Source: Aquamicrobium sp. (lineage in GTDB: Bacteria; Pseudomonadota; Alphaproteobacteria; Rhizobiales; Rhizobiaceae). Taken from it: 64,000 bases of DNA. Shown here piece after piece: positions 61,493 through 64,000 of this stretch. Each line of letters opens with the position of its first letter. Positions within the stretch are counted from its first letter, which is position 1. The position numbers were made by a program, and so were the translations under genes. The stretch lies in the NCBI GenBank assembly GCA_047637695.1, contig JBLJBS010000012.1, positions 5,566 through 69,565 on the forward strand, given 5' to 3'. The notes under the pieces are model-generated. The model saw only the letters and a program-made list of their open reading frames with translations, was not told where the DNA came from and made no database searches.

Positions 61493-62773
61493 TCATTCCT
61501 CGTCGTCGACGACATGCAGCCGCAGGCGGCTGGCGGGCGCCGCGGCGGCGCGACGCGGAGAACCATCACCGTCCGCATCGGGGCCCGCATCGGAAGGCGC
61601 GGACGGCTCGCCGCCCGCCTCGCTGCCGAGTTCCAGCGCCTCGATCCGCGCGCCGCGCTTGGTCAGCTTGTCGGTCGAGGTCAGGATCATGTCGACATCC
61701 CGGTTTGCCTGGCTGAAATGCGCCTGCAACTTGCGCACGCGGTCGTCGAGCCGCCCGACATCCTCCATCAGCCGCACCACCTCGTGCTGGATCAGATGCG
61801 CCTGCTCGCGCATGCGTGCATCCTTCAGCACCGCCTGTATCACCTGGATGGAAAGCATCAGCAGCGACGGCGAGACGATGACGATGCGGGCGCGGTGGGC
61901 CTTCTGCACCAGCCCCTCGAAATCCTCGTGGATGCCGGCAAAGATCGATTCCGACGGTACGAACAGGAAGGCGGTGTCCTGTGTCTCTCCCTGAATGAGA
62001 TATTTCTCGGCGATGGCCCGAATGTGGACCTCGACGTCGCGCCGGAACGCCTGCGCCGCATAGCGCTGGGCATCCGGGTTCTCCGCCTCCGCAGCGGCGC
62101 GGATGGCGTTCCACGATTCGAGCGGGAACTTGGCGTCGATGACGAGGTCCGGCGCCCCGTTCGGCATCCGCACGAGACAATCTGGCCTGTTGCCGTTCGA
62201 CAGCGTTGCCTGGAACTCATAGGCGCCCTTGGGCAGGCCGTCGGCGACGATCGCTTCCATCCGGCTCTGGCCGAACGCGCCGCGCGTCTGCTTGTTGGAC
62301 AGGATCTGCTGCAACTGCACGACCTGACCCGCCAGCGACTGGATGTTGGTCTGCGCCGTGTCGATGACGGCGAGCCGCTCCTGCAGCCTCGCCAGATTCT
62401 CGTGCGTCGAGCGGGTCTGCTCGGTCAACGACTGGCCGAGCCGAGAACTCATGCCGTCGAGCCGCTCGCCGATAGCCTTGGTCAGCTCCGCCTGACGGCT
62501 GCCGAACACATCGGCGAGCGCGCCCATGCGCCCCTGCATCTGGGCCTGCGCCTGCGCGATCTCGGCCATGCGCGCTTCCGACTCGCGCGCCCGTTCGGCC
62601 GCCTCGACGGCGGCCTGCGCCCGCGCCTTGCCGGCTTGCCACAGCGAAACGGACAGCCACAGGATCAGGACGACGACCAGCGCGGCGGTCGCGGCCAGCA
62701 CATGGCCGAGCGCGATTGTGGTCGCGCCAAGCTGCATCACGGGCAGGGAGAACAGCGTCGAAAGATCGCTCAT
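61493..62773 (-). CDS. rmuC: DNA recombination protein RmuC
   Basis: N-terminal TM, coiled coil, KQTRGAFG, RPD...IDAKFP, AEKYLI, LFVPSE, VSPS. Confidence 0.95.
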   Translation of the reverse strand: MSDLSTLFSLPVMQLGATTIALGHVLAATAALVVVLILWLSVSLWQAGKARAQAAVEAAERARESEARMAEIAQAQAQMQGRMGALADVFGSRQAELTKAIGERLDGMSSRLGQSLTEQTRSTHENLARLQERLAVIDTAQTNIQSLAGQVVQLQQILSNKQTRGAFGQSRMEAIVADGLPKGAYEFQATLSNGNRPDCLVRMPNGAPDLVIDAKFPLESWNAIRAAAEAENPDAQRYAAQAFRRDVEVHIRAIAEKYLIQGETQDTAFLFVPSESIFAGIHEDFEGLVQKAHRARIVIVSPSLLMLSIQVIQAVLKDARMREQAHLIQHEVVRLMEDVGRLDDRVRKLQAHFSQANRDVDMILTSTDKLTKRGARIEALELGSEAGGEPSAPSDAGPDADGDGSPRRAAAAPASRLRLHVVDDEE

Positions 62774-62808
62774 GGACGAAGAATAGATGATTCGGCCTCG
62801 TCGCATAA

Positions 62809-62823
62809 GATCAAAGAGTGAAC
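62809..62823 (-). promoter_or_regulatory. Putative alphaproteobacterial LexA box
   Basis: Minus strand GTTC-ACTCTTT-GATC, one mismatch to GTTC-N7-GTTC, ~35 nt upstream of rmuC. Confidence 0.55.
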
Positions 62824-62886
62824 AAAGAACCGAAGGACGCCGCAAGACCGTTGACGCACCGGTTCGCCGGGATTACCTGACGGTCC

Positions 62887-63417
62887 ATGATACGGCCTCT
62901 CGTCATCCTTCCCGATCCGGTCCTGCGCCAGGTTTCAACGCCCGTGGAGCGCGTCGATGACGATCTGCGCCGGCTTGCCGACGACATGCTGGAGACGATG
63001 TATGACGCGCCGGGCATCGGGCTGGCCGCGATCCAGATCGGCGTGCCGCTCAGGCTTTTGGTGATCGATCTTGCCAAGGACGACCAACCGAAGGAGCCGC
63101 ACGTCGTCATCAATCCGCAGATCGTGACCAGCGGCGACGAAATCTCCGTCTACGAGGAAGGCTGCCTTTCGATCCCCGAATATTACGCGGAGGTCGAGCG
63201 GCCGGCGACGGTGACCGTCAACTGTCTCGACCGCGACGGCAAGGAGCGGACCCTTCAGGCCGAAGGGTTGATGGCGACCTGCCTGCAGCACGAGATCGAC
63301 CACCTGAACGGCGTGCTGTTCATCGACCATATCTCCAAGCTCAAGCGCGACATGGTGCTGCGCAAGTTCAGGAAGCTCGCCAGGGACAAGCCAGCGCCCA
63401 GCCGGCTCGCCGTCTAG
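62887..63417 (+). CDS. def: Peptide deformylase
   Basis: [22 protein letters not shown]. Confidence 0.98.
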   Translation: MIRPLVILPDPVLRQVSTPVERVDDDLRRLADDMLETMYDAPGIGLAAIQIGVPLRLLVIDLAKDDQPKEPHVVINPQIVTSGDEISVYEEGCLSIPEYYAEVERPATVTVNCLDRDGKERTLQAEGLMATCLQHEIDHLNGVLFIDHISKLKRDMVLRKFRKLARDKPAPSRLAV

Positions 63418-63427
63418 GGCGTCGGCG

Positions 63428-64000
63428 ATGGCGCTGCGCGTCGTCTTCATGGGCACGCCGGAATTCTCGGCCGCCACGCTCGCGGCGCTGGCAGCAGCCG
63501 GCCACGACATCGCCGCCGTCTATTCGCAGCCGCCGCGCCCGGCGGGGCGGCGCGGGCTGGAACTGACGAACTCCCCCGTCCACCTCGCGGCGGAAGAACT
63601 CGGCATCGAGGTGCGCACGCCGCGGTCGCTGAAAGGCGCGGACGAACAGGAAGCCTTCCACGCCCTTCAGGCCGATGTCGCGGTCGTCGTCGCCTATGGC
63701 CTGTTGCTGCCGAAAGCCATCCTCGAGGGCACGCGGCTCGGCGCCTATAACGGCCATGCGTCGCTGTTGCCGCGCTGGCGGGGTGCCGCGCCGATCCAGC
63801 GCGCGATCATGGCGGGCGACACTGAGACCGGCATGATGGCGATGAAGATGGACGAGGGGCTGGACACCGGCCCGGTCGCGCTGACGAGCCGTATCGCCAT
63901 CGGCCCCGACATGACCGCCGGCGAATTGCACGACGCGCTGATGGAGACGGGGGCCGGTTTGATGGTGCGCGCGCTCGCCGCGCTCGAAAAGGGCGAACTG
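63428..64000 (+). CDS. fmt: Methionyl-tRNA formyltransferase (runs off window)
   Basis: Manual translation [14 protein letters not shown]...[12 protein letters not shown]...VVAYGLLLP...[18 protein letters not shown]. Confidence 0.97.
   Translation, partial: MALRVVFMGTPEFSAATLAALAAAGHDIAAVYSQPPRPAGRRGLELTNSPVHLAAEELGIEVRTPRSLKGADEQEAFHALQADVAVVVAYGLLLPKAILEGTRLGAYNGHASLLPRWRGAAPIQRAIMAGDTETGMMAMKMDEGLDTGPVALTSRIAIGPDMTAGELHDALMETGAGLMVRALAALEKGEL

Overview
High-GC alphaproteobacterial chromosome segment (gene content and repeats point to Rhizobiales, Mesorhizobium/Phyllobacteriaceae-like; inferred). The left backbone carries engB-yidC-rnpA-rpmH, an orphan histidine kinase, a GT21 glycolipid synthase with a Pho box and an RcnB-like gene. 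The right backbone carries tauE-like/TIGR02186, a nitronate monooxygenase, acs with a Liv-type ABC transporter, an ScfR/RamB-family regulator and a lone receiver, two LLM oxidoreductases, then rmuC, def and fmt. Between them lies a ~37 kb mosaic accessory island (~6.9-43.85 kb) with no integrase. It is bounded by an IS3 relic and a degenerate tRNA-Thr(GGT) 3' half (att-like) and split by IS21 and IS630 scars into three modules. Module 1 is an uncharacterised CoA-dependent catabolic cluster (two thiolase-fold/DUF35 pairs, MmgE/PrpD, acyl-CoA ligase, paired class III CoA-transferases, PotABCD-like ABC) whose three transcription units share one LysR-type operator. Module 2 is Lrp-ilvE-DUF2520-Liv ABC. 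Module 3 is a xenosiderophore uptake operon with a RirA-type box. The most notable leads are the LysR-linked catabolic regulon, an ScfR regulator with an embedded HisKA-like segment beside a kinase-less receiver, and a candidate C-loop sRNA. All calls come from reading motifs by eye; no searches were run.
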